The notes: a model not told the origin generated them from the letters alone. Shown: positions 29,590-40,095, numbered from the stretch's first letter. The stretch: DNA of 64,000 nt from an uncultured delta proteobacterium (GCA_963794325.1 CAWCDG010000003.1:96001-160000); one strand, 5' to 3'. Made by a program: numbers and translations.

Positions 29590-30292
29590 TGGCGGCGCCG
29601 GTCGTCGAGATTCACAATCTCGCCAAGACTTACGGTCTGGCGCCGGTGCTGCGCGAAGTGCAATTCAGGCTGATGCCGGCCGCGGGTGCTTTCGTGGTTG
29701 GCGGCAACGGCGCGGGCAAATCCACGCTGCTGCGAATCCTCGCGGGACTCGAAGCGCCGAGCAGCGGCAATGCGATCTGGTCTTCGGGCAGGACACGCGC
29801 AAGCTCGCGGCGCGTTATCGGCGTCGGATCGGAATGATGGCGCATCAGAGTTTTCTCTACCCAAATCTGACCGCGTGCGAGAATCTGGAATTCTACGCCG
29901 AGCTGTATTCGATCGCGGATCCGCGTGCGTCTGCCGAGTCGTGGCTTGAGCGGGTTGGCCTGGCCGGCGTTGCCAACGCCCGCATGCGTACATTCTCGCG
30001 TGGGATGGAGCAGCGGCTGTCGCTGGCGCGCGCGATGATCGCCGAGCCGCTGTTGTTGCTGCTCGACGAGCCGTTTGCGTCGCTCGACCATGACGGCTCC
30101 GAGATCGTGGCGTCGCTGATTCGCGGGGCGATTGAACGGGGAGCCGCGGTTATCGCAACCGCGCATGCGGTCCCCGAAATCGAAGGCGTCGAGTTTGCGG
30201 TTTACGAAATCTCGCGCGGCCGGTTTGCATCGCACGTCCATAAAGAGGAGGTCCGGCGCGGCGGGCGAATCCGCTCGCTGCTCGGCAGATAG
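29589..30292 (+). CDS. ccmA: Heme export ABC ATPase CcmA; frameshift near 29775
   Basis: GGNGAGKST, then FSRGMEQR and LLDEPF in the next frame. Confidence 0.85.
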
Positions 30293-30294
30293 AG

Positions 30295-30974
30295 GTGTCT
30301 GGATTTTCCGCGGTACTGCGCAAGGACCTGCGCCTCGAGCTTCGCAGCGGCGAAAGCACGCTGGCGCTGCTCGCGCTGTCGATGCTGGTGCTCGTGGTGC
30401 TGGTGTTTGCGCTCGATGCGGCGCGGGTGCGCAGCGTTGACGTCGCGGCGGGCGCGCTGTGGGTCGCGATGGTATTCGCGGGGATGCTGGGCGCGAATCG
30501 CGCGCTGCTCGCCGAGCGTGACAACAGCGCGATGCGCGGCCTCCTGCTGAGCCCGCTCGATCCCGGCACGCTCTACGCCGCCAAACTCGCGGCCGCGCTG
30601 ATCTTCATGGCAGTAGCGGAAGTTGGCGCGGTCATCCTGATGGTGCTGTTTTTCAATCTCGAGTTCGACGCGTCGATCTGCACGGATCGCGCCAATCCTG
30701 GCGCTCGGCGCGATTGGATTCTCGGCGCTGGCGACGTTGCTCTCCGCTATCACAGGACGCACTCGTGGCGGCGATATGTTATTGCCGATTCTCGCGGTGC
30801 CGATTTTCGTGCCGGCGCTGATTGCCGGCGTCAAGGCGAGCGCAGCGGCGCTGGCGGGCGCGCCGCTCGACTCGATGACTGAGTGGCTTGAAGATCATGG
30901 TTGCGTTCGACGTGCTGTTCGTCACCGCCGGTTACCTGTTGTTCGAGCACGTGGTTTCTTTCAGTGAAACCTGA
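30295..30974 (+). CDS. ccmB: Heme exporter CcmB; frameshifts near 30679 and 30889
   Basis: KDLRLELRS, ERDN..GLLLSP and LLPILAVP; ends with FEHVVSFSET. Confidence 0.85.
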
Positions 30975-31004
30975 CTCCATGGAAGCGAGGTCGATCCGCA
31001 CAAC

Positions 31005-31730
31005 ATGAACTCCGCGATTCGAAACGGGCTTGGATACACGACGCTGGCGCTGATGATCGTCGCGCTGTTCATGGTCTTCGACTACGTACCGCCGGAAGCC
31101 GAGCAGGGAATCGCGCAGTTGATATTTTATTTTCACGTGCCGCTCGCGTGGGTCGCATTCGCGTCGTTCGGGATTGTCGCGATCGCGGGAATATTTTATC
31201 TGTGGCTCGGCGATCAGCTGTGGGACGACCTCGGCTACGCCGCTGCTGAAACCGGGATGGTGTTCTGCACGCTGATGATTGTCGCGGGATCGATTTGGGC
31301 CAAGCCGATTTGGGGAACGTGGTGGACGTGGGACTCGCGGCTGACGACCACCTTCATCCTGTGGCTCATGTACGGCGGCTACCTGATGCTGCGCGCGAGT
31401 GCTGACGACACGCCGCAGGTGGCGCGCTTCGGCGCCGTGATCGGAATCGTCGCGGCACTGGACGTGCCGATCGTGATCGCTTCGGTGCGGCTGTGGCGCA
31501 CGATACATCCGGCGGTGCTGGTGACGAAGCAGGGTGGGCATGGCCTCGAGGATCCGCGGATGGTCACGACGCTGCTGGTATGCCTGGCCGCATTCACAGT
31601 GTTTTGGGCATGGCTGTTGATGCTTCGTTTCATGCAGTTGCGGACGCGCAGCAGAATGGGCGCGCTGGCGGTCAGAATCGCGTTCGCAACAGCGGCCGCA
31701 TCCGATAAGCAAGTGATGGAACCGGGCTGA
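31005..31730 (+). CDS. ccmC: Heme exporter CcmC
   Basis: FYFHVP, WAKPIWGTWWTWDSRL and TIHP. Confidence 0.96.
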   Translation: MNSAIRNGLGYTTLALMIVALFMVFDYVPPEAEQGIAQLIFYFHVPLAWVAFASFGIVAIAGIFYLWLGDQLWDDLGYAAAETGMVFCTLMIVAGSIWAKPIWGTWWTWDSRLTTTFILWLMYGGYLMLRASADDTPQVARFGAVIGIVAALDVPIVIASVRLWRTIHPAVLVTKQGGHGLEDPRMVTTLLVCLAAFTVFWAWLLMLRFMQLRTRSRMGALAVRIAFATAAASDKQVMEPG

Positions 31731-31924
31731 TGGAACACTTTGGATACCTGTTCGCCGCCTACAGCATCATCTTCGCGGTGATTTTTCTGTACGTGATGTT
31801 CATCTGGCGCCGCCAGGCCGCGCTCGACGCGGAACTTCGCACGTTGGAGGCGCGGATGGCTGCGCTCACACAGGAGTCGGACGCGTCAACATCAACGTCG
31901 TCGCAATCACAGCCTGACGCGTGA
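31730..31924 (+). CDS. ccmD: CcmD-like small membrane protein
   Basis: YLFAAYSIIF..YV; directly follows ccmC. Confidence 0.8.
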   Translation: MEHFGYLFAAYSIIFAVIFLYVMFIWRRQAALDAELRTLEARMAALTQESDASTSTSSQSQPDA

Positions 31925-31995
31925 TTTTGCTAATCAAGCGCGGCAAGTTAGCATAGTCAGTTAGTTAGCCAGATTTTCCGAACTGAGTATCCCGG

Positions 31996-33118
31996 ATGGA
32001 ATTTCAAGATTACTACAAAACTCTCGGCGTTGACCGAAAGGCGAGCGACGCCGAGATCAAGAGCGCGTACCGCAAGCTCGCGCGCAAATTCCATCCCGAC
32101 GTCAATCCGAACAACAAGGAAGCCGAGGCCAAATTCAAGCAGATAAACGAGGCCTACCAGGTCGTCAGCGATCGCCGAGAAGCGCAAGAAATACGACGAG
32201 CTCGGCGCCGACTGGGAGCATGGCGTGTCGCAGGAAGAGATGATGCGCCGATACGCTCAGCAGCGATCGGCGGCTGGCGGCGGCGGTGGCGCGGAATTCG
32301 GCGCGGACCTCGGCGGCGGCGACTTCAGCGATTTCTTCTCGCAATTCTTCGGCGGCAGCGCGCGGCGCGCGGGCGGACGCAGCCGCGGCGGCGCATCACG
32401 GGGATTTTCGAATTTCGATTTCGGCACCGAGCCGGCGCGCGCGCCCGATCTTCGGGCGGAAGTCGGAATTGTACTGCTCGATGCGGTCAAAGGCGCAAAG
32501 CGGCGGCTCGATCTCGTCGCGGAGGACGAATGCGCCACCTGCGGCGGGAGCGGGATGATCGCGCGCGAGGAAAAACAGGGCAAAGCGCGCGTCATTCGAT
32601 CCGCCGAGCAGTGTCCGACCTGCGGCGGCAGAGGCGTGATCGCCGCGCGGCGCACACTCGAAGTGACTATTCCGCCGGGCGTGACGGACGGCACGCAGTT
32701 GCGACTCAAGGGGCAGGGCGGACGCGCGCCGCGTCCCGATCAGAACGGCGATCTGTTCCTCACAATCAAAATCGAGCCGAATGCGGTGTTTGCGATCTCG
32801 GGCCGCGACCTGCGCGTGAGTCTGCCGGTGTGGGATTACGAAGCGGCGCTCGGCGCCGAAATCACAGCGCCGACGGTTGACGGACGCGTGTCGCTCAAAA
32901 TTCCGGCCGGCAGCCAGACGGGACGCGTGCTGCGACTGCGCGGGCGCGGGCTGCCGGCGCGCGGCAAGGAGCCGGCCGGTGATCTTCTGTACGAGCTTAA
33001 GGTGCTGGCGCCGACCGACTTGAATCCCAAAGAGCGCGCGCTGATGCAGGATTTGGCCAACAGTCTGAAGGATCGCGGCGTCCCCGATCCGCGTGCGGAA
33101 TTGATGGCGTCGAAGTGA
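31996..33118 (+). CDS. DnaJ-family (CbpA-like) co-chaperone; frameshift near 32174
   Basis: J domain with HPD, G/F region, two CxxCxGxG repeats and C-terminal substrate domain. Confidence 0.88.
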
Positions 33119-33134
33119 TCAAGAGTTGAATTCG

Positions 33135-33425
33135 ATGGCGCGGCGGAATTCAAACAAGAACTCGACTCGCGGAAAAGTCGTGTTGATGAGCCGCGGCGTG
33201 TTCTGCACGATCGGCGGAATCAGCGAGCGCGAGCTGGCCTCGTGGGAGCGCGAGGATCTGATCGCGCCGGTGCGTATCGAGCGGGTTCACGGACGACTCG
33301 AGGCGCTCTACGATCGCGAAGCTCTGCACAGAGTTCGCGTGATTCGTACGCTGGCTGAGGAACTCGAAGTGAATATCCCGGGAATTGGGGTGATACTGCA
33401 CCTGCTCGATCAGATGGCACGGTGA
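33135..33425 (+). CDS. cbpM: Chaperone modulator CbpM-like (MerR_2)
   Basis: LAEELEVNIPGIGVILHLLDQM; downstream of the cbpA-like gene. Confidence 0.8.
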   Translation: MARRNSNKNSTRGKVVLMSRGVFCTIGGISERELASWEREDLIAPVRIERVHGRLEALYDREALHRVRVIRTLAEELEVNIPGIGVILHLLDQMAR

Positions 33426-33495
33426 TTTTGCGGGACTGGGTGGGCCGTGCTAAGTAACACGGGCTCATTCCGGCTCTCTTCAGAAGGACGATGCG

Positions 33496-33768
33496 ATGCT
33501 GTTCGTGATTATCGGCCATGATGGACCCGACGGCGCTGCGCTGCGGCCCAAAGTCAGGCCGGCCCATCTCGAAAATCTGCGGCCGCTGGTGAAGGCGGGC
33601 AAAGTGAAGATCGCGGGACCATTCACCGACGGCAGCGGCAGTCTTATCATTGTGGATATGGAGAGCGAGGCGGAGGCGGTCGCGTTTGCGAACAGCGATC
33701 CGTATGTGACGAGCGGCGTGTTCGCGCGCGTCGAGGTGAAGCCGTTCCGGCAGGTGTTTCCGGAGTAG
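33496..33768 (+). CDS. YciI-family protein
   Basis: RPAHL, AGP, GSLIIVD and DPY. Confidence 0.92.
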   Translation: MLFVIIGHDGPDGAALRPKVRPAHLENLRPLVKAGKVKIAGPFTDGSGSLIIVDMESEAEAVAFANSDPYVTSGVFARVEVKPFRQVFPE

Positions 33769-33779
33769 CAGGAGTCTAG

Positions 33780-34985
33780 ATGGCGGGAGCGTTATCCAGT
33801 TTAAAGATTGTCGAAGTTGGCGAGATGGTGTCGGCGCCGTATTGCAGCAAGTTGCTGGCGGACATGGGCGCCGAGGTCGTCAAGGTCGAGCGGCCGGGAG
33901 TTGGCGATCGGGCGCGCACCCGCGGTCCGTTTCCGGGTGACAAGCCGAATCCCGAGACGAGCGGGCTGTTTCTCTATCTCAACACCAACAAACGCGGCGT
34001 CACGCTCGATATCACCAAGCCCGAAGGTTTCGAGATCCTCGAGAAGCTGGTCGCGGGCGCCGACATATTAATTCACAACGTCACGCCGCCCGAGATGGAT
34101 CGCGTCGGCCTCACGTACGATCGGATGAAGCGCGCGAATCCGAAATTGATCATGACGTCGATACTGCCGTTCGGGCTGACCGGTCCGTATCGCGACTACC
34201 GCGCCGAGGATCTGACGATTTGGTGCGCGGGCGGCGTCTGCGTGCTGAACGGAGGAGGGCCGGAGCATCCGGAGTTGCCGCCGCTCAAAACTGCGGGGCA
34301 TCAGGCCGGCTACCAGGGCGGAGTGCACGGCGCGACCGCGACTATCGCAGCGGCGTTCGCGCAACTTAGCGATGGTGCGGGGCAGCATATCGAAGTGTCG
34401 GTGCAGGAATCGATCGCCTCGATCCTCGAGATGACCTTCGAGTACTGGCCGTACATGAAGATGATCGCGACGCGACTCGGGCAGAAGCCGCTGCAGCCGA
34501 TCGATACGATGCAATGCAAGGACGGATACATTTATCTTTGCTGCATCGAGGAGCATCAGTGGCGCAACTTCGTCGAGATCATGGGCAATCCCGAGTGGGC
34601 CGAGATGGAGATTTTCAAGGACCGGCTGGTGCGCGCGCTGAATTGGGACGCGCTGAGACCGATGCTCGAGGAATGGGTCAGCCAGCAGACTGTGCTGGAT
34701 TTGTACCGCAAGGCGCAGGCCAAGCGAGTGCCGTTTGCGCCGGTATCGACGATGGGCGACCTGCTCAACTCGGAGCATCTGAAGGCGCGCGGATTTTTCG
34801 TCGAGATCGCGCAGCCGATTGCAGGCACGCATAAGTATCCGGGCGCGCCGCTCAAGTTCGGGCGCACGCCGTGGGAAATTCGGTCGCCGGCGCCGACGCT
34901 CGGGCAGCATAACGCGGAAGTATTCGACAAGCTCGGGATGTCGCAGGCGCGGATCGACGAACTCAAGCGCAAGGGTGTGATCTAG
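33780..34985 (+). CDS. Class III CoA-transferase (apparently lacking the catalytic Asp)
   Basis: LADMGAEVVKVE, NTNKRG and APTLGQHN. Confidence 0.92.
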   Translation: MAGALSSLKIVEVGEMVSAPYCSKLLADMGAEVVKVERPGVGDRARTRGPFPGDKPNPETSGLFLYLNTNKRGVTLDITKPEGFEILEKLVAGADILIHNVTPPEMDRVGLTYDRMKRANPKLIMTSILPFGLTGPYRDYRAEDLTIWCAGGVCVLNGGGPEHPELPPLKTAGHQAGYQGGVHGATATIAAAFAQLSDGAGQHIEVSVQESIASILEMTFEYWPYMKMIATRLGQKPLQPIDTMQCKDGYIYLCCIEEHQWRNFVEIMGNPEWAEMEIFKDRLVRALNWDALRPMLEEWVSQQTVLDLYRKAQAKRVPFAPVSTMGDLLNSEHLKARGFFVEIAQPIAGTHKYPGAPLKFGRTPWEIRSPAPTLGQHNAEVFDKLGMSQARIDELKRKGVI

Positions 34986-34987
34986 AA

Positions 34988-36232
34988 ATGGCGAAGCCAC
35001 CTCTGTCCGGAATCAGAATTTGCGATTTCACGTGGGTGTGGGCGGGACCGTACTGCACCCTGCAACTGGCGCATCTTGGGGCCGAAGTGATCAGGATCGA
35101 GACCAAGACGCGGCCGTGCGTGACGCGGATGCTGCCGCCGTGGCCCGACGGCGTGTTCAACAGCCTCAACAAGTCCGGCTACTTCAATCAGTACAACCAG
35201 GGCAAGAAATCCTTGTCGCTGAATTTCAAGCATCCCGAGGCCAAGGAAGCGGCATGGCGGCTGATCAAGAATAGCGACGTCGTGATTAATAACTTCGCGG
35301 CGGGCGTCCTCGAGAAAATGGGATTCGGTTACGAAGCCGTAAAGAAGGTAAATCCAAATGTAGTCATGATTACTCTGTCGGGCTACGGCGATACGGGGCC
35401 GTACAAGGATTATGTCGCGTACGGACCGGCGCAGGTTCCTCTGTCGGGACTGTCGGCGCTGACTGGCTATAAGGGATTTCCGCCGATGCACGCAGGATTC
35501 AGCTACGCCGATCCCAACGCGGGAGTGCATGGCGCGTTCGCGATCATCAGCGCGCTGTTCCATCGTAAGAAGACGGGCGAGGGTCAATATATCGACATGA
35601 GCCAGTGGGAATGCGCGATGGACTTGCTGGCAGAAGGGATTCTCGAATACACGATGAACGGGCGCGAGCCCGAGCGCACCGGGAATCGCGATCCGCTGAT
35701 GGCGCCGCACGGGCTGTTCAAGTGCATCGATCTGCCGGAGAAAATCCTCGACGTTACGATCGATCAGTGGGTCGCGATAGTATGTGCGGATGACGCGGAG
35801 TGGGCGCGACTGGCTAATGCAATAGGTAAACCCGAACTGGCTAATGATCCACGGTTCAAGACGCTCGCGGCGCGCAAACAGAACGAAGACGCACTCGAAG
35901 CAATAGTCAGTGAGTATACCGCGAAGCGAAAAGTGGCAGATGTCGTCAAGGACCTGCAAGCGGCGCATGTCGCAGCCGGAGCGTGCGCCGATAGCAAGTA
36001 CCTATCGGAGGATCCACATCTCAACGAGCGCGAATACTTCGTCTATCGAGAGCATCTCGAAGTCGGCAAGCGGCAGCATTGCGGGATTCCCTGGAGGATG
36101 AGCGGGACGGCGTGCGAAGTGAAGGCGGCGGCGCCCGTGCTCGGCCAGCATACTGACGAAGTGATGACCGGACTGCTCGGATACAGCGCGGCCGAGGTCG
36201 ATGCGCTGCGCGCGAAGGGCGCGCTCGATTAG
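34988..36232 (+). CDS. Class III CoA-transferase
   Basis: WAGP, LGAEVIRIE, SYADPNAG and APVLGQHT. Confidence 0.93.
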   Translation: MAKPPLSGIRICDFTWVWAGPYCTLQLAHLGAEVIRIETKTRPCVTRMLPPWPDGVFNSLNKSGYFNQYNQGKKSLSLNFKHPEAKEAAWRLIKNSDVVINNFAAGVLEKMGFGYEAVKKVNPNVVMITLSGYGDTGPYKDYVAYGPAQVPLSGLSALTGYKGFPPMHAGFSYADPNAGVHGAFAIISALFHRKKTGEGQYIDMSQWECAMDLLAEGILEYTMNGREPERTGNRDPLMAPHGLFKCIDLPEKILDVTIDQWVAIVCADDAEWARLANAIGKPELANDPRFKTLAARKQNEDALEAIVSEYTAKRKVADVVKDLQAAHVAAGACADSKYLSEDPHLNEREYFVYREHLEVGKRQHCGIPWRMSGTACEVKAAAPVLGQHTDEVMTGLLGYSAAEVDALRAKGALD

Positions 36233-36244
36233 AGGATCAGAACC

Positions 36245-37087
36245 ATGCGTAGGCTGAAAGTGTTGATCGACGGACTAGCGTTTCCTGAGGGGCCGCGATG
36301 GCATGACGGACTGTTTTATTTCTCCGACATGCATGCGCATCAGGTGATTGCGGTCGATATGGCGGGGAAGCGCGAAGTCATTTGCGAAGTGCCGAATCGG
36401 CCGTCGGGGCTGGGATGGATGCCGGATGGACGGATGCTCGTGGTGTCGATGACGGATCGGAAGCTGATGCGGCTCGACGTCGACGGGCTGAAGACGGTCG
36501 CGGACATGAGCGAGTTCGCACCCTTTGATTGCAACGACATGGTGGTCGATGCGCGCGGCCGCGCATACGTCGGCAACTTCGGATTCGATTTGCACAAGAA
36601 CGAAACGCCGCGTGGGACGACGCTGGTGATGGTTGGTGCGGACGGCGTCGCGCGGGTCGTCGCCGAGGACATGATGTTCCCGAACGGGATGGTCATCACG
36701 CCGGATGGGAAGACGCTGATTGTCGGCGAGACGTTTGGGCGGCGTCTTACGGCGTTGGATATCGGCGCTGATGGTCGTCTAACGAATCGGCGGATGTGGG
36801 CTGATTTGGGAAACAGTCTGCCTGATGGAATTTGCCTGGATGGCGAGAATGCAATCTGGGTGGCGTGTCCGACGGCGTCGGAAGTGATTCGGGTGAAGCA
36901 GGGCGGCGAGGTGGTCGAGCGGATCAAGGTCGAGACGGACGCGTTCGCGTGCATGCTCGGTGGTCCCGACGGACGGACGCTGTTTGTCGCAACGTCGCCG
37001 AATTCCGATCCCGAGAAATGTCGCGCGACGCGAGGTGGGAGAATCGAGACTACTCAAGTCGAAGTCCCTCGCGCGGGATTGCCTTGA
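36245..37087 (+). CDS. SMP-30/gluconolactonase-family protein
   Basis: FPEGPRW, NDMVVD, FPNG and PDGICLD. Confidence 0.92.
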   Translation: MRRLKVLIDGLAFPEGPRWHDGLFYFSDMHAHQVIAVDMAGKREVICEVPNRPSGLGWMPDGRMLVVSMTDRKLMRLDVDGLKTVADMSEFAPFDCNDMVVDARGRAYVGNFGFDLHKNETPRGTTLVMVGADGVARVVAEDMMFPNGMVITPDGKTLIVGETFGRRLTALDIGADGRLTNRRMWADLGNSLPDGICLDGENAIWVACPTASEVIRVKQGGEVVERIKVETDAFACMLGGPDGRTLFVATSPNSDPEKCRATRGGRIETTQVEVPRAGLP

Positions 37088-37124
37088 GCGAAGCCTATGG
37101 CGTGTGGCGGGACGGCGTGGCGTA

Positions 37125-38456
37125 ATGAATTCTATGGGCGTTGACGGGCACGGCGATAATTTTCGCGCGCGGCGCAAGCGCATGATGCAGGCGATCGCGC
37201 CTGGTGCAACTGCGATCCTGCCGAGCGCGCCGGTGAGTGTGCGATCGGGCGATGTCGAGTTCGTTTATCGGCAGGACAGCGACTTCTACTACCTGACCGG
37301 ATTCGCGGAGCCGGAATCGGTCGCGGTGCTTTCGCCGGGGCATCCGGACGGCGAGTTCGTGATGTTCGTGCGGCCGCGCGACAAGGAGCGCGAGACCTGG
37401 ACGGGGCGGCGCGCGGGTATCGAGGGCGCGATCATCGAATACGGCGCGGACAAGGCCTACGTGATCGACGAGCTCGAGAAGATTTTGCCGCGCTATCTGG
37501 AAAAGAGCGAGCGCGTCCATTACCCGCTGGGGCTCAACGAGAAGATGGATGAGCGGGTGATGAAACTGATTCGATGGGCGCATTCGATGCGTCCGCGAAT
37601 CGGGGTAGGGCCGTCGTCGCTGATCGATCCACGCGACATCATTCACGAAGCGCGGCTGAAGAAGGAGCCGGCGGAACTCGAAGCGATGCGGCGCGCGATG
37701 ACGATTTCGGCAGACGCGCACCGCCGCGCGATGTCGAAGGCGCGCGGCGGGATGCGCGAATGGCAAATCGAAGCGGAGGTCGACTACGCGTTTCGATCGC
37801 AGGGCGCGGCTGGACCGAGCTACCCGTCGATCATCGCGTCGGGACCCAACGCGGCGACGTTGCACTACATCAACAACGATCGCGAGATGCGCACGGGCGA
37901 GCTGCTGCTGATCGACGCCGGCGCCGAATATGATTTTTACGCGGCGGATATCACGCGCACCTCGCCGATTGGCGCGCGCTTCACCGGTTTGCAGCGTAGC
38001 TTGTACGAAGTAGTGCTCGAAGCGCAGCTCAAGGCGATCGACACGATCAAGCCCGGCGCGCATTTCGACGATGCGCACGAAGTTGCTCTGCGCGTATTGG
38101 TTGACGGCATGCGGCAGCTCGGCATCCTGAAAGGATCAGCCGAAGAAATAATCGAGAAGGGCTCATATCGGCGCTATTACATGCATCGCACGAGTCATTG
38201 GCTCGGCATGGACGTGCACGACGTCGGACTATACCGGGTGAACGGGACGTCGCGAGTGCTGGAACCCGGGATGGTGCTCACGGTCGAGCCGGGTTTGTAT
38301 ATCGCGCCTGACGACGACGATGTCCCCGACAGTTTTCGCGGACTGGGGATTCGGATCGAAGACGATGTGCTCGTCACCGAAAACGGTCACGAAGTGATGA
38401 CCGGGGCGACACCGAAGTCAGTCGCGGAGGTCGAAGCACTGACTACTGCGCAATAG
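37125..38456 (+). CDS. pepP: Xaa-Pro aminopeptidase
   Basis: RQDSDFYYLTGF, DAG..Y.ADITRT, HWLGMDVHD, EPGLY and GIRIEDD. Confidence 0.95.
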   Translation: MNSMGVDGHGDNFRARRKRMMQAIAPGATAILPSAPVSVRSGDVEFVYRQDSDFYYLTGFAEPESVAVLSPGHPDGEFVMFVRPRDKERETWTGRRAGIEGAIIEYGADKAYVIDELEKILPRYLEKSERVHYPLGLNEKMDERVMKLIRWAHSMRPRIGVGPSSLIDPRDIIHEARLKKEPAELEAMRRAMTISADAHRRAMSKARGGMREWQIEAEVDYAFRSQGAAGPSYPSIIASGPNAATLHYINNDREMRTGELLLIDAGAEYDFYAADITRTSPIGARFTGLQRSLYEVVLEAQLKAIDTIKPGAHFDDAHEVALRVLVDGMRQLGILKGSAEEIIEKGSYRRYYMHRTSHWLGMDVHDVGLYRVNGTSRVLEPGMVLTVEPGLYIAPDDDDVPDSFRGLGIRIEDDVLVTENGHEVMTGATPKSVAEVEALTTAQ

Positions 38457-38784
38457 TCACTTCAATAGTCATTTTGCTGCTACGAGTCATCAGCGGATCG
38501 GTTGTAGCGGATAACCTAACCCCTAACCCCTTCCCGAGGGGGAAGGGGAACCAGACGCGGGAGAGGGCCCACGAATGGCAGCCGCTGTGAGCGACGTCGC
38601 ACCCTTGCCAGCAATTATCTATTTCGTTTCGGCAATAGAATTCGTCATTACCATGTAGTTCGCAGACCTGGTAGTTGCGATTGCATTGGTACTGGCATTT
38701 GGTCCGTGCATAGTCGCATCGATTGGCGCATCCGGCGGTCAGCACAGATACGACTGCGATGACGAGTATTGCTTTCGCGCGCAC
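38443..38784 (-). CDS. Cys-rich lipoprotein whose 3' end reads through a family C REP
   Basis: Lipobox TAGC plus eight Cys; tail FPFPLGKGLGVR is encoded by the REP. Confidence 0.6.
   Translation of the reverse strand: MRAKAILVIAVVSVLTAGCANRCDYARTKCQYQCNRNYQVCELHGNDEFYCRNEIDNCWQGCDVAHSGCHSWALSRVWFPFPLGKGLGVRLSATTDPLMTRSSKMTIEVTIAQ
38515..38552. repeat. Family C REP
   Basis: CCTAACCCCTAACCCCTTCCC-GAG-GGGGAAGGGGAACC; matches 10167-10205. Confidence 0.8.
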
Positions 38785-38787
38785 ACT

Positions 38788-39675
38788 TTACAGTTCGAGA
38801 GCGCTGGCGCTGCCGACGATGGTTTTGGCGCCGTCGGCCTTGTCGCACCATACCTCGACCTCGGCGCGGATGCGCTTACCCTCGGGGTGACGCTCGACGA
38901 TCAATCCTTTCGGTCCGGTGCGATCGTTGCCCCACACGACGTTGACCAGCCGCAGATCCATCTTGCCGCCGTACAGGAAGCCGAGGCCGAAGCGCTTCGT
39001 CATCATTTCGGCGACGAGGCAGACCGAGAGCATCCCCTGCACAACGATTTCCGGGAACCCGAGCTCGACCGCCTTTTGCTTGTCGTTGTGGTAATTGCGC
39101 GCAGGCCCGGAAAACGCCATGCACATTTCTTCGGTGATTTTGCGCATCGGCGCGTCGATCGGATCGCCGCCGCGCTCGCCGATTTTGAACGAGCGCGATG
39201 AATCCTTCTCGCGCGACTTGTCCACCACGAATCCCGCTTTGGTCTGTTCAGGGAGCAGGAAGCTCTGATGAGTGCGGCTGCGCGAGACGATTTGTCCCGA
39301 GGCGTTGCTGACCAGCACTTCGTTCACGACGTACTCGCGGTCGCGCTTGAGGTAACGATCGACGATGACGGCGCGGGTCGTGAGCCGCTCGCCAAGCATC
39401 ACGGGTGCGAACAGACTCCATTCCTGGCGCGCGTGCAGGTTGCCGTAGATGTTCGGCAGGTACCAGCCGAGCGTTTGATAAACGGCGCTGTGAAGAATCA
39501 GCGCGGGCGCGAGCGGACCGCCGAGCGGAGAATCGCCGCGGTACCACGGATTGTCGTCGCCGGTGCCGGCAACGTAGGTCGCTACGAGGTCGGGTGTGAT
39601 GTCGCAGGAGATGCCGCCGAAGTCGCGGCCGACGTACACCTCTTTGCGATCGAAAATGTTCTTTTCGTCAGCCAT
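38788..39675 (-). CDS. Double hotdog (MaoC-like) dehydratase
   Basis: GDDNPWY and NYHND...GFPEIVVQG. Confidence 0.8.
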   Translation of the reverse strand: MADEKNIFDRKEVYVGRDFGGISCDITPDLVATYVAGTGDDNPWYRGDSPLGGPLAPALILHSAVYQTLGWYLPNIYGNLHARQEWSLFAPVMLGERLTTRAVIVDRYLKRDREYVVNEVLVSNASGQIVSRSRTHQSFLLPEQTKAGFVVDKSREKDSSRSFKIGERGGDPIDAPMRKITEEMCMAFSGPARNYHNDKQKAVELGFPEIVVQGMLSVCLVAEMMTKRFGLGFLYGGKMDLRLVNVVWGNDRTGPKGLIVERHPEGKRIRAEVEVWCDKADGAKTIVGSASALEL

Positions 39676-39693
39676 CGTGATTTCCTGTCGGGG

Positions 39694-40089
39694 TTAATTC
39701 TTCTGCTTGGTTTTGAGGCGATCGTTGAACTTGGCGGCGTCGATCACGGCGCGGCGATGGGTCCCGGAGCCAATCTGCTCGAGGTCGTCGAAAGCGCGAA
39801 CTGAAAACTCGAGGCGCCGGCCTTCGACCTTGGTCACTTCGGCTTCGGCGCGCGCGCGATGACCCGGCGGAGTCGCGGCGGTGTGACTGACTTCGATCGT
39901 CATGCCGACCGAGCTTTCGCCGTCGTCGAGAAACGGTTTGATTGCTTCGATCGCCGCTTGTTCCATCATCGCGACCATCGTCGGCGTGGACAAAACCGCG
40001 GCCAGCGACGGGTCGAGATGGCTGGCGAGGTCGGCGGTGGAGACGGTCTTCGCGTGAATGCCTTTCGTGCCGATGGGAATTAATTTCAT
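39694..40089 (-). CDS. FlK-like hotdog thioesterase
   Basis: VLSTP..ME.AA, SHTAATPPG and GTHRR. Confidence 0.9.
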   Translation of the reverse strand: MKLIPIGTKGIHAKTVSTADLASHLDPSLAAVLSTPTMVAMMEQAAIEAIKPFLDDGESSVGMTIEVSHTAATPPGHRARAEAEVTKVEGRRLEFSVRAFDDLEQIGSGTHRRAVIDAAKFNDRLKTKQKN

Positions 40090-40095
40090 CGCGGG

